Below the pieces are notes generated by a model, which worked only from the letters and a program-made list of their open reading frames with translations, ran no database searches and had not been told where the DNA came from. A DNA stretch of 64,000 nucleotides from Dimorphilus gyrociliatus. Taxonomy: Eukaryota > Animalia > Annelida. A program made the position numbers and the translations under genes. Shown one piece after another: positions 39,225 through 51,803 of the stretch. Numbering within the stretch: position 1 is the first letter of the stretch; each line of letters opens with the position of its first letter. Location: assembly GCA_904063045.1 (NCBI GenBank), contig CAJFCJ010000024.1:248001-312000 (forward strand). Reading direction: 5' to 3'.

Positions 39225-40267
39225 TTTTCCAAATTTTTTCTATTTTGAACGGTCACTGCAGAAAAGTCTGTCTGCTAATGTAGTGGAGAATGAGAATAAC
39301 AAATGTTGTGTGTCTTTATATAGTCTTGCCTGATCAATATTATTTTTTAATATGACTCTGAGTCAGAAAGCTGATACAGTCAACATAGATCCACTATATA
39401 ATCGTTTAATAAAACAGTTATGATCCGACTTGTTTACCTATTCATAGCGTTATCAATCTTTGTAAGCATTGATAAATAAATTTCAAACATATATTTTATC
39501 AAAAGATCTTATAATCAAAACTTACATTGTTCATATAAAAATTAGGAATTTTTTATGATTCAACAATTCCCAATGAGATTAACAACAGTGTATGAAAAGT
39601 CCATTTTTTCGTATATCACACAAAGTAGGCAATTTATTTATAATATAATTATTTATAATTAATTTATATATATTAGTAATATATTCAAGAAAAGAGGCTA
39701 TTATAAATTGTATATGTTTTTTAAACAATAAATATAAAAGTAATTAAAACCGAGGTTATATCTTTTCTATTTATTTTACATGGCAGTCAAAGATTTGAAC
39801 CAAGTCTATACTGTTTAGACTATCATTATCAAATGCCAGTTAAGTTTATGTTTTGTTGAAAAGACTTTAGAAGCTCTAGCATTTTTCAAAAATATCTTGG
39901 ATAAAGAAGCGTTAGATTCACCCTGTGCGGGATACTGTTCTGAAAATTTTGGATAAATATGCTTTTTTTCATTATGAACACGGTTATAGGTTGATTCGTA
40001 AAATATACAAATTTAGATAATATTATTGCTGATTTGGTTCTTGTTCAAGTTTGTTTTGCGTTTTTAACTAATTGTCACTATAACAAGTCACCAGAAACCA
40101 TATGTCACTCTATATTTTGCAATGAAATACGTGTTAAAGTAACTGAAACATAATTAATCTAGATAAATATGTCTTTGGGATAGTTTTTCTAAATAAAAGA
40201 CAAAGCGAAATTGCTTTCCACTTAAAAGTCTGTTTTTATATTATTTATTAAAGTAGAAATAATAGAA

Positions 40268-40645
40268 TCATTTCTTTCCTTCGACCATTATAATATGATA
40301 ACCGAATTTTGTTTTAACAGGAGGGTCTGTATACACAGGATTATTCAAATTACTTATGGGGAGAGCAAAAGCGGCATCTTGAAAAGGTCCTACCATTCCA
40401 CCTCTTATCATCCATCCCAAATCTCCACCACTTCTTGCTTTATCTTCACTATATGTAGCAGCAACTTCATTAAATTTCATTCCACTTTTAAGCTTTTCCA
40501 TAGCTTCCAACACCTTCGACTGTTTCTCACAGAGAATATGGCGAACTTTAACAGAGTTTCCGCCTTTCTTCTCCTTACCACCGCTGGCTTCACCTCCAGA
40601 TGCACCTTTAGCTCCCTTAGAATCTCCTTTACCTTTCTTAGGCAT
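40268..40645 (-). CDS. PIN4: Parvulin-type peptidyl-prolyl isomerase Par14/PIN4, intronless
   Basis: MPKKGKG...[63 protein letters not shown]...[20 protein letters not shown]. Confidence 0.96.
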   Translation of the reverse strand: MPKKGKGDSKGAKGASGGEASGGKEKKGGNSVKVRHILCEKQSKVLEAMEKLKSGMKFNEVAATYSEDKARSGGDLGWMIRGGMVGPFQDAAFALPISNLNNPVYTDPPVKTKFGYHIIMVEGKK

Positions 40646-40929
40646 AATTTTACCTAATTTTTTCAAACTGATTGCAAATTTCCAAAAAATTACACAATTT
40701 TGAGCGGCTTTAGGCTTGTCGGGTATACCTAAAGTATGCAACTAGTCGTCCTATGTTGTGAAGAAGACTATCATAAATATAATTTTAACATAGAATTTTA
40801 ACTATAAATCATGTATAAATATCATATGGTAAGAAAAGTGTTAAAGATAGAATTATTATCCCAGTGAAATCACAGATTACAATAAGAGAGAAAAATTTAA
40901 AATATAATTTTCCTCAGAGAATAGTTCTA

Positions 40930-42417
40930 TCAATTTTCCTCGTGCAAATAAGCGAATAGTTTTTCTTCACAGCTATTAAAATTGCCAAGAATAATTGGTA
41001 TTTTAAGCTCCACATCCTTCTGAGTAGCTTTTCTTTTTATCAGGACTATAACTTCATACTTTATCTTTATAAGATTATGGCATAAATTGGATAATGGCAA
41101 CAGATGATCATCGATAGAGCTATTTGAAAAGGACATTTTGAGGATCCAATTAAACTTAGGAGATTCTCCAGATGCAATAGAACCAAACACTATAGGATCG
41201 GACTCTAATTTAACAGGACATTCCACGCAAATTGCTGAGGTATCTGTTCGAAATTTTCCACTTAATCGTACCTTAGCGATTACGCCTTGAATAGTTTCTC
41301 CACTTTTATTATCAATTTCAATGTTGATTGGTATACTCTCTCCCGCAACATATCCTCTTTTGGGAATACTTGCTTCAACATCAATAAATCCATCATTTAA
41401 AATTCCAGTTTTTTGATTCTTCTTCTCGGAAACTTTCAACAAATTTTCTTTGTCGGTAGCTACATCGAAATCTTTTGTTAGCCATATTCCCTGATGAGTT
41501 GCTATATTTCCACGACCACAGCAATTCCCTTTATTCAAACTAGCTTTAACAAAATAATGTATAAAGAAAAATGATTCATTTGTATCGGATAGATGAGGAA
41601 TGGATGGCTGTATATTGGTTCCACTCAGTTTAAAAGAAAAAGGCCATTCATAATCACCTGCTGCTAGACACTTGCTTGAATTAATCCCTGGACTCTTTTC
41701 ATTCATATTCGTAAAAGTTTCATCCTTTTTATTCCAAAGTTCTTTTGAAATGTCTAATAAAACATCCTTCCTCGCAATGTCGAAAGACATAGCTTCTAAA
41801 GAAATTGTGTCAGCTATTTCTGCGGATCCATACAACTGAACTTGTAAAGTTTCTAGATCAATATTCTTATTTGTTTTTAGGTAAACTTTTCCAGAAATGA
41901 CTTCTCCTTCCTTATAAATTGGAATAACTCCAAATGGTGCACATCCAGAAGCCGTATTAAGTTGAATATTCTTAAACATGTCATCGTATCCCTCCTCGTC
42001 GCATCCTTTTGGTAATAAACACTCTTTTCGTTTTGAAGTCGATGATTGGAGACGTTCTGACGACGATTTTTTCTTTTCACCAGTCTGTTCACCAGTCTTA
42101 GGTACTCTCTTTTCAAATGTATCAAGGCTGTTCAAGCCAGCATGGATCAGAGCTATTTGCAGTTTCTTCTTTAAATTCTTATGAGGTATCACCTTATAAT
42201 CGTTAAATTCCCATTTTCCATTCAAATCTTTACATAATTTTTTCTCCTAGAAATTAAGATTTATATTCTAAAATTTATTGTCCAAATATTAATATCTTAC
42301 CAATAAATAATCATAAACAACTCTCCTATCACTTAGGTCTAAATCGATAAAGAAATGATCGATTCCTTCAACTTTTGATATTTTCTTATCCGTTGGCAGG
42401 GACACATTATTACCCAT
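40930..42417 (-). CDS. Arrestin-domain (alpha-arrestin-like) protein, paralogue B
   Basis: IYKEGEVISGKVYL, AGDYEWPF, GYVAGESIPINIEIDNKS. First exon MGNNVSLPTDKK...DLSDRRVVYDYLL is homologous to that of paralogue A, with the same intron position. Confidence 0.85.
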
Positions 42418-42665
42418 TTTTTATAACCAGATCTGTAAAACAAATTTGCAGGTCCAATAAGGTAATTTACAGTATATTGATGGAGCTGTATTCAAAAATT
42501 AAAGCGTTTTTCTGAAATTTAATAGCACAATAGAAAAATTATTTTTGATTCGTTAAGTTAATAGAATGTTAACATTCTTTTAAACGATAGTGTGCTCAAA
42601 ATCACCGAAAATTCAATGCAATTAAGAATGCTCTTACAATCAATCATTTAACTATAATAGAAATC

Positions 42666-42680
42666 AGCGCCATCTAGTAT
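42666..42680 (-). promoter_or_regulatory. CTCF-like motif between divergent arrestin B and PPP4R2
   Basis: Minus strand reads ATACTAGATGGCGCT. Confidence 0.45.
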
Positions 42681-43765
42681 TCATATTATGTTAAAACAGC
42701 CAAGTATAAACTATAAGAAAATCAATATTCAAATCAACCAAGAGAATAGCCATTTGTCTAAATACTAATTAAACTATAAAGAGATGTATTAGCATAATTC
42801 CAGAAATAACATTTCCTTTAGTTTTGGCAAAATATACAACATACAATAACACAATGTTTGTAATCAATACGAAACTTTTCGAGATTTCTATGTGACCCTC
42901 CTCCTCCTTTATTAAAATAGATTTATTCTTAAATTCTATTTACATATATCTGAACAAAAATTTCATTGATTTTTAAAAAAAGACCTCTATATTCGATTAT
43001 TTTTAATTTAAGAAGCCTGAAAACTTATGTGTATGAAATTAATGGCTGCGAATAATTCCAAAAGGCATTTTATTTGGATTGATAGTAATTGATTTTATGT
43101 GATATAATGATTAAAAAAGTATTTGGCATTTTAAAGGTATTTTAAAACAAATTACATTAGACGGTGATAGTAATCAGTTTAGCTAGAGATACATAGTTTT
43201 TCTTCCTGGAAATGGGCTCTTAATCTTTAAGTTTAAGTTGATTTATGTTAAAAAAAAGACCCCTTGAAAACCAAGTTTTCTTTTCTTTTCTAAACATTAT
43301 AACTTGTCTTTGATCTTCAGTTTCGAAATTAAAATTGCTTATATGAAGAATTTAATAAAGCTTTTCAATAGCCAGATTAATCAATAAATTAGTTTAGGTA
43401 ATATTATTCGATCGGTTAGAAATATAAACATAATGTGAATATGTTTTACTGTTGATTTCAATTTGTATTGAAAAATATAAAATGAGGTTTACTTGAAAAA
43501 GAGCTACTCAATGGAAAAAATGATTTATTAAATATAAAAAAATATTAATGTGTTTTCAGTTAGATAAATTAACCCGAGTTTACTGCTTTATCGAATTTGT
43601 TTCATTAGATTGAGTTGGTTTGGTCTGACATATATAATACTTAATTTAGCTATAACGATAAAACCGGTATCCACCGTAGTAGTAAATTTTACCGGTTACC
43701 GGATGTAGTCGGCTTCCATATTCTAGTAAAGGAGCGTTGTTTGTTTAACTTGACATTTTAACGAA

Positions 43766-45383
43766 ATGGAAAATGAAGAAGAGATTTTATTAGCTTTGGA
43801 TGGTAAGACTTTTAGGTTACTCAATTACCGTGATATTTATGTATGGATTTCTCATAATTTTTAGAATTCAATCAGTATCCAAACGCTCAAATTTCGCCTC
43901 TCCTAGAAGAATATTTGAAATATATCGCCAGGAGTGGTTGTACTATGTACGTATTTTCGATCTTGATATAAATATGAAACATATTTTGAAAGTCTTTACT
44001 AATTCAGATTTTCTTGGAAAAAATTGAAGTGTCTGTTTGTCAGAAAGCTAACTGACGTCATTGTGGACTTTCATAATGAATCGCCCACGGATCATATGCG
44101 TTCGTACCCAAACGTAGAAAATGTGAATTTTGAAGAAATGAAAAGTCGAATATTAGACGCTATAGAACAATTTAACGGGTAAAGCAAAGGATAATTTCTT
44201 TGTAATCACCTCTAATGTCTAATAAATTTGTTAAAAGGATTCCTTTTACCATACAACGTTTATGTGAACTAATAACGTGTCCAAAGAAGCACTATAAAGC
44301 AAGCGATAAATTTTTACGCGGTCTGGAGAAGGTAGGTACCTTGAATCTACGAACTGATCAGAGATTAACCCTGCATTATTTGGCAGAATTTGATGGTAGT
44401 GACAACAATAGATCCTTTGGGAAAGTAAGTATTGCAAAATTTTGATTTTTTTTGTATATTTATTATCTTTGATCGTATTTAGTAAAATCTACAATGAAAT
44501 GAAAATTGAAGAGAATCCCGTGTTTAATGGTGTACGACCTCAGTCCCCTGTGTTCTCTTCTCCTGCTCCTACATCTTTTCTTTCTTGGCATCCAAACTCC
44601 CCAGCAAGTCCTTATACTAGTGCCGCCTACCCTAAATCAACTACATCTTCTACAACTACCACTGAAGAATCTGATCAGTCTTCAAATAGGTCATCGAAAA
44701 ATTTCACTCGAAATCCTATGGATATCGATCGTTTGTCTAATGTCGAAAATATTAGCGATCCTGCTACGGCACATCTTAGCGATGAAGAAGTAAATAAAGA
44801 AAATGCGGCATCTAAGGAGAACAAAAATAATGAAAACTTCGAAACAGCATCAGTTGAATTTAATACTCAAAGTGATACAGACCATACAGAAAAAGAAAGT
44901 GATACTCTTGCCAAAGAAAGTACAGGTGATGAACAGAACAATGATAGTGCGAAGAATACTTCAGTTGATTCTCAGTCAAACCCAGCTACGAAAAATACAG
45001 CTGAAGTGGAAAATTCAACTGAGAAAATGGATAGTGTTGAATCAGAAAATAACTCAGAAAATTTATCGGATTTACAGAACAAATCTGATAATGATACTAA
45101 ATGTGAATCCGACGACGGTAAGTAAAGTAATTTTATTATCATTACAGAACAACTAAGCAATTTTCTTAATTAAAGCCCCTTCAGGTTCATCAAGTTCAGG
45201 TAAATATTAATATTTCATTTAAATATCTTAGCTATTTCTAACGCGAATATTATTCGATTAGAAGGGGACAGTTCAAGTGGATTTGATCCGTCTCTGGAAG
45301 ATGCTAGCCAAATTTCTGAAGAAAATGCAAGTAAAGAGTCTGAAGAGAATGGTCAAATAACCGAACAGAACAAAGAAGCTTAG
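43766..45383 (+). CDS. PPP4R2: Protein phosphatase 4 regulatory subunit 2
   Basis: [10 protein letters not shown]...[24 protein letters not shown]|[19 protein letters not shown]...KFLRGLEK|NLMVVTT plus an acidic low-complexity tail; seven exons. Confidence 0.9.
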
Positions 45384-45565
45384 GCAATTCAGGCAGATGT
45401 AGAATATTAGTTATTGTTTTGTTAATGATTTCCTTCGCGCCATTATCCATAATCTGTTCACTGCCTACTACAATATCAATCACATTGAAATTTTTTCTGA
45501 TCTCAATATGTTAATAGAAGAAGCAACCATCTTTTTTATGAATGACATTCATATCTGTATGAAAA

Positions 45566-46923
45566 TTATGTAAAATTTTGTAAATAAACGAGTCTTGATG
45601 AAGCGCATGACTGCCTACATAATGGACATTCAGGCTGAAATAAATAAATTTTTTAATGCGTAATAATATATTTGCATAATACTTGTATAGTAAATAACTT
45701 ACATTCGTAGCGCACCATTCGTGAATGCAATACCAGCAGAAAAGATGACCGCAAGATGTTGTGGTTGTATGACTAATTGTATTCAAGCAAAGAGGGCATT
45801 TTCTTCCACCTTCTTCGTCTATTTCCTTCTCGATCGTTTTTACACTTTATATTTGTCAAAAATGCGAAATTAAAAGTCTGCTTATAAGTTACAGATCATA
45901 AGTTAATTTACCTTTTTTCTTTCTCTTCTGTTTTGATCTGATTGCTCTTTTCTTTACTTTTTTTATATATCCCTATTAATTTAAAGGCAAGTGCCAAAGC
46001 CAATTGAGATACTGATAACCATCCTAAAATTTTATAACTGGGTCGCGGAGTTTCAAGTAACGGTTTAATTGCCATCTAAAGAATAATAAAAAGTATAAGA
46101 TTACGTATTAAAAAATTATAAAAAGTGTTACTTACATATCTTACACCGCATATCCGCTTAGCAAAATGATAAAAGGCAGCATTGAAGTAGAAAATTGCTA
46201 AATGGCACCTATGCAAAAGTAGGAAGATATTGCGTGAATTTCTAACAAGATCTAATAGTAGTAATCGACCCTCTTCCGTTAAACCCAATTCATTGTTCAA
46301 TTCCAATTGTCTTTCCAAATATAAAAGACTTTTTTCTATCAAATACGGAGCGGAAACGTGCAATACTACCATAAAAATTCTTCTCTGTCAAGGTATAGTA
46401 AATTGATAGTAAAAATACATAGTAATATCGTAAAATGAATAGGACTATTTTATAATATTTATATTTATACACTTTAACTACAAGCTATCTATATTTAAGT
46501 CAACTTACAATTAACGATGGAACCTGCCGCTTTGATGGATCGACTTGGATAATGTTGACATATTCTTCTCCAAGTGTTTGTAAACCTATATTAAGTTGGT
46601 TTCGGTTATTTCGAACAGTTTGCCTTATGTAACAGATTTATATTATGCAAACCATTTAACGTTGTCAGGCCAAAGTATATAAATTCAGCTGCTATGTCCA
46701 ATTCTTTTTGCCATTTAAGTAATATTCTTGGTCCTATAAAATGACATACAGATAATTTTTGTAAACACACATCGTAAATTCCTATTTAAAGAATCGTAGA
46801 CTAAGTACCTAGGAACGATTGAACAACTTTATGAATATTACTCTTAATAAAGCTACTATAATATTCATCTTTTTGTTGAGATCTAATTATTTCGGCTTGA
46901 TGAGCATCTTTCAATCTGGCCAT
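45566..46923 (-). CDS. PEX10: Peroxisomal RING peroxin 10
   Basis: N-terminus MARLKDAHQAEIIRSQQKDEYY; C-terminal RING CPLCL...TSCGHLFCWYCIHEWC|PECPLCRQ...RLVYLQN. Confidence 0.88.
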
Positions 46924-47115
46924 GACTCTCTTGTCGTCTGTCTGAGCTAATGTGGTTAATGGTTCCGTATCGAATAACCGGTGTTAATATTCAAATAGCA
47001 ACACATTCAATTTTTTTCAGTCCTTCAACAGTTAAAGTAAACTGGTTAAGATTGAAGCTAGCTCACACCTTCCTCATTTTCTATAAAGTGGAGGAATATG
47101 CGATGCTAAATAATT

Positions 47116-48544
47116 ATGTCCACCACATCAAAAAGTCTTCGAAAATGTAAATAATATAATCAGCAACTAAATTTTTTAAAACTTTCATGTTCTTTCAGAT
47201 ATCCAGGTGGCCTTAATACTTTGGACATGCTTTATACTATATATAATATTTAGCGACACAAGTTATCCAGATGCTAATAACAGTATAACCTTTTCTTAAT
47301 ATTTCTTCAACAGAATTGACTTTTTTTTTTCACTGTGAAAGTAGCTTTGCCTGTCATACACGTTGGTTTAACTTCTGACGAAAACACGATAATAGGAGCA
47401 ATGGCTACAATAAATAGTGTAAGAAAGCATACTAAAAGATCTCAAGTATTCTTCCATCTAGTCACAACGAATCGTTTAAGTAATTATATTCGGTAACCCC
47501 AAATTTTTCTATTTTGTATAATATGTCTCATAGTTAAAATATACTTTTAACATATTATATATTCTTATATTTAGAAACTGGATTTCAAATAGCGAATTGA
47601 GAAATATTAATTATGATATTACCGAATTTGATACAAGTTTACTGCATTCAAAAGTTAAATTACACTCTGGAAGACCTGAATTAGCTAAACCTGTTAGTAG
47701 TATTTAATGAAACAGTATTTCTATTTATATATACTGTATATACATGTATTTACAGATGAATTACGCGAGATTCTACTATCAAATATTATTTCCTCACTTG
47801 AAAACAAGAATTATTCATTTAGATGATGATACAATTGTTCAAAGGGACTTGACAGAATTATCTAGAGTTTTTATACATGATGGGCATATCGCTGCCTTTG
47901 CGGAAGATTGTAATTGGTTACTTCAAAAGAGTTCTACTATGGTAAAACAGATATGACTGATATATTTACATAAATTTTAATAAATTATCTAATATTTCAT
48001 GATAGAATAGATACGAAGATTATTTTAATCTGGAACATGAATTAGTGAAAAGATATGATGTTAATCCTAAAGCATGTTCATTCAATACTGGTGTATATGT
48101 GGCTGACTTGAAAGCATGGAAACAGCATGATATTACCCAGAAATTAGATGAGATCTTAATTGCTAATTATAAGTTTGTAACAGATTTCTTTAAATCTTTA
48201 CTTTTTCAAATATGTCAAACACTTTTAACAGAGATTACGTCTACGGTAATAAATATGGAGGGGGAGGATCTCAACCGCCAATGATGTTGGCATTATATAA
48301 AAAATATTCAAAGTTGCCGGCAGAATGGCATGTTCAACATTTAGGAGATGTTAAAGTTGACTCTTTATACTCATCTGACTTTATTGAAAATAAAGCAAAG
48401 CTGTTACATTGGAATGGTAGATTAAAACCATGGAAATTAACTTCCCCGTATCATCATATTTGGAAACGTTACTATGTAGCAGATCCATCAAAAAGATTCA
48501 CTTTGTCACCTAATACTAATAAAAGCTTCAAAGAGCCAACTTAA
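47116..48544 (+). CDS. GLT8D: Glycosyltransferase family 8 protein, GLT8D1/2-like (type II membrane)
   Basis: MSTTSKSLRK|YIQVALILWTCFILYIIF TM anchor; MATINSV, YARFY, IHLDDDTIVQ (DxD), CSFNTGVYVADLKAW, GSQPPM and LLHWNGRLKPW motifs. Confidence 0.85.
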
Positions 48545-49315
48545 TAAGTTGTTTTGAAACTTAAGATCTGATATATTATGATATCTTCTTTCATTCTCAA
48601 CGGTTAAATAAGCTTGTTTACAGAATCAATTGATATTTTTTGATAAAGATTTATATTATAAAGATGTTATTAGATAATAAATGATAATTGAGGAGTAGTT
48701 ATCTTTGTTATTTATATTGTATTTATTAAATTGCAAGAATTATGTTACTCTTTTGAAAAAGGATATTAAATAGTAAAATCTTTTAATTCTTTTTTTTATT
48801 TAAATAATTCACTAAGCAAAAATAACAAAAGGAAAATTTTTTGCTTGATTAATAAACGTTATTAATAAGCTCAATATCAAATTTACGCTCTTATTTGGAT
48901 TAAGTACTTAAATGAAATTAAAACCATACAAAATAAGGCTAACTGATCTAATTTAAATAGTTCACTTAAAAGCTTGGAATTAGTATATTGTTCAAAGATT
49001 ATTTCCGTATCATATATCAGTAAAACTTACTTCAATAATAATTACTTTATTTTTGCCGACTAGGCCAAAAAGTTTTTCATATAGGTTTTATAGAATCTTT
49101 ATGATATCAAAGTTGGTCTTTACATAATAATGAATACAAAATTGATTTGAATTTATTTACAAAAGCATGATAAATTGCAACGAGAGAGGGAAATCGAAAT
49201 TTCGTATCGACTGAACAAAAGAACAGAGCAAACATTGGGACAAAAAGCAGATTAAACGGTCTATATGCGAATTTAATGTAGTGTAAGGAAATCTCCTATA
49301 TTGCAGTTGGCCGTT

Positions 49316-49921
49316 ATGCCTCAAGTTATTAACAAGAAAGCTTTTAACGAACATATACCAGCTGGAAAAGGATCCACGTATAATCAACTGTTAGAGGCAA
49401 GTTGGAGCGTTAAAAAGCGAGCTTTTAAAATCAACGAAAAAGCGTTAAACAGATTGGATTCAACCAAGAAGAGAATTGAAAGACACGCTAAAGTATTAGA
49501 AAATCAACGAGAAAAGATAATGAATAGAATGAATAACAGTTTGTTGGAATTAAACGCCTATCAAGAAGTTTTAAGAGATGATTATAGGGCTGTAGAAGTA
49601 ACGAAAACTACAAGACGAAGACCTGAATTAGGTAGTGAACGTAATGCCATTGAAACTAGAGTATTCCATTCCGGATTTTCAATTTCCAATTTAAGAAGAG
49701 TTGTGAAAAGAAAAATGACGGAAATGGATCCATTATATCAAAAGAATGAAAAACGGAGACAATTCATGGACGAACTAAAGCGTAAAAATGCTCCGAAGAC
49801 AATTGGAAAAGATCTCATACTGCCTGAATTTATGCAACTCAAAAGAAGATATCCTGTTCTTCCACCAATAGCTGACGTCAATAGTGATATTGAAGATGTA
49901 CATTCAGAGAGTTCTCACTGA
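49316..49921 (+). CDS. Single-exon unknown basic coiled-coil protein (201 aa)
   Basis: Uninterrupted ORF with coding-like composition; a splice acceptor (ttgcag) lies just upstream of the ATG. No family recognised. Confidence 0.7.
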   Translation: MPQVINKKAFNEHIPAGKGSTYNQLLEASWSVKKRAFKINEKALNRLDSTKKRIERHAKVLENQREKIMNRMNNSLLELNAYQEVLRDDYRAVEVTKTTRRRPELGSERNAIETRVFHSGFSISNLRRVVKRKMTEMDPLYQKNEKRRQFMDELKRKNAPKTIGKDLILPEFMQLKRRYPVLPPIADVNSDIEDVHSESSH

Positions 49922-50648
49922 ATAATTTATAAAAGTAATATAATATTACTGTATAGCTATTTGAAAGGTAAATTAAACAATTTCTTATACTGTTTTTTTA
50001 GTCTTTTAAAGACATTCTTGAAACGATTTTAAGCGCAAATGAAGCATTTAAAAGTTTTTTCCATTCTCCTGTTACTATTGAACAACTAATGGATTATCAG
50101 TAAATTTAACCATATGCATTTAACTAACTGTAATAAGATAAATATTTGATGGCAAATACAGCGAATAAAAGCAAATTATTCAAGCTAAAGTTAACTAACT
50201 TAAAGAGCATCTTTCTTTATCGCTAATTTAGGCTTAAATAAATAGAAGTATCTATAATCATCTTTTCAAGGACAAAATCAATTTTTAAGCTTTGAATATA
50301 GGTAACCTTGAGAGAGATCTATGCAAATATTACATAGAAAAGAGTAAAATATTAGAAAGACTTTAAAGCTTTATTGAGTAGAGCCATCTTTTGGTTTGAT
50401 TTAATTGATCTGCTTTTGTGATAAAAATGATTTTTTTCGAAGTTATATACTGTTTTGAATAAGTGTTATATATAGATCACAGATAGAAATTAGAGCTATT
50501 ACATTCTCGCAAAAATCGATTGTTTATTTTTAATATTGTGAAACATAATTCGTAGACACGTAAATATATCACAGACTGGGAAATAGTCAGTAATATTATG
50601 AGAAAATTAGCATGCTCTGGAAAGTGTATAGTAAATATGCTGCAATAG

Positions 50649-51803
50649 TTACATAATGATTTGCGGCTCTGGAACAGATGCCGAAATGCTTTTATGCGGT
50701 AATATTCTTCCGCCGTTAATGTACAATTCGTCAGCAACAACGACATCTTCTCCAAGTACACTAACACCTTCCATTCTGACCCATCTTCCAACAGAACACT
50801 TCCAACCAATGATACAATTATCTAACCATGCATGGCTTCGTACTCTAGAGCCTTTCATTAGAGTTGAACGTTTAACGCAAGCTCCATCTTCGACAACAAC
50901 ATCGGGACCTGGACGAGGATGGGAAGTAATTATTTAGCTAGGATATTTAGAAAAATTTAAATTTAATTATAGAATATTACCAATAACAACATTAGGTCCA
51001 ATCCTACAACCATTTCCTATTTTTGCGCTCTTATCGACCAGAACATTACCAACTATTCCTGGTCCTTCGTGTAAATAGTCGTTGTTATACATATTCAAAG
51101 CTGTTAAGTATAATCCCATTCCCGTCAAGAAATCCTTTGGCTGTCCAACGTCCATCCAGTAACCTTGTAGCTCCATGCAATACAATTCTCCATCAACAGC
51201 CATTTTAGGGAAGACCTCCTTTTCAATAGACGTTGGTCTCAATTCAATTCTAGACAACATACTTGGCGACAACATATACATACCAGCATTTATCTTGTTT
51301 GAAACAAATTCTTGAGGTTTTTCAACGAACCTTTCAATTTGTCCGTCCTCTGGCCTATACACAATAACACCGTACTTTGAAGGCTCATCCACTCTTGTTA
51401 CCACTAGAGTACCTTGTCTATTATGAGTCTTATGGAATCTTATCATATCTTTAAAAGGAAAATTACATATGATATCAGAATTGAGGACAAAAAATGGCTC
51501 GGAGTCCTGTAAGAGTATATCTCGGGCCAAGGCTAGTGGTCCTGCGGTTCCTAGTGGTTCATCTTCATGGCTTATGACAATTTTGATACCTAATCTCTCC
51601 TCTTGTGCTCTTAGCTCCTTTTCGAGAAGCTCCGCTCTGTATGAGACGGCTAAAACAATTTCAGTTACACCTACTTCAACTAAGGCTTCTACTTGGTGCA
51701 TAATCATGGGTTTATTAGCGAATTCCACCAAAGGCTTTGGCCTAGATAAAGTTAGAGGTCTTAACCTCGTTCCGAAGCCACCGACAAGTATAAGAGCTTT
51801 CAT
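50649..51803 (-). CDS. GMPPB: Mannose-1-phosphate guanylyltransferase beta
   Basis: [33 protein letters not shown]...[14 protein letters not shown]...FVEKP...[12 protein letters not shown] plus a hexapeptide-repeat C-terminus ending PEPQIIM; one 72-bp intron (50980-50909). Confidence 0.97.

Noticed and set aside
40295-40657. 120-aa plus-strand ORF
   Set aside because: Antisense shadow of PIN4.
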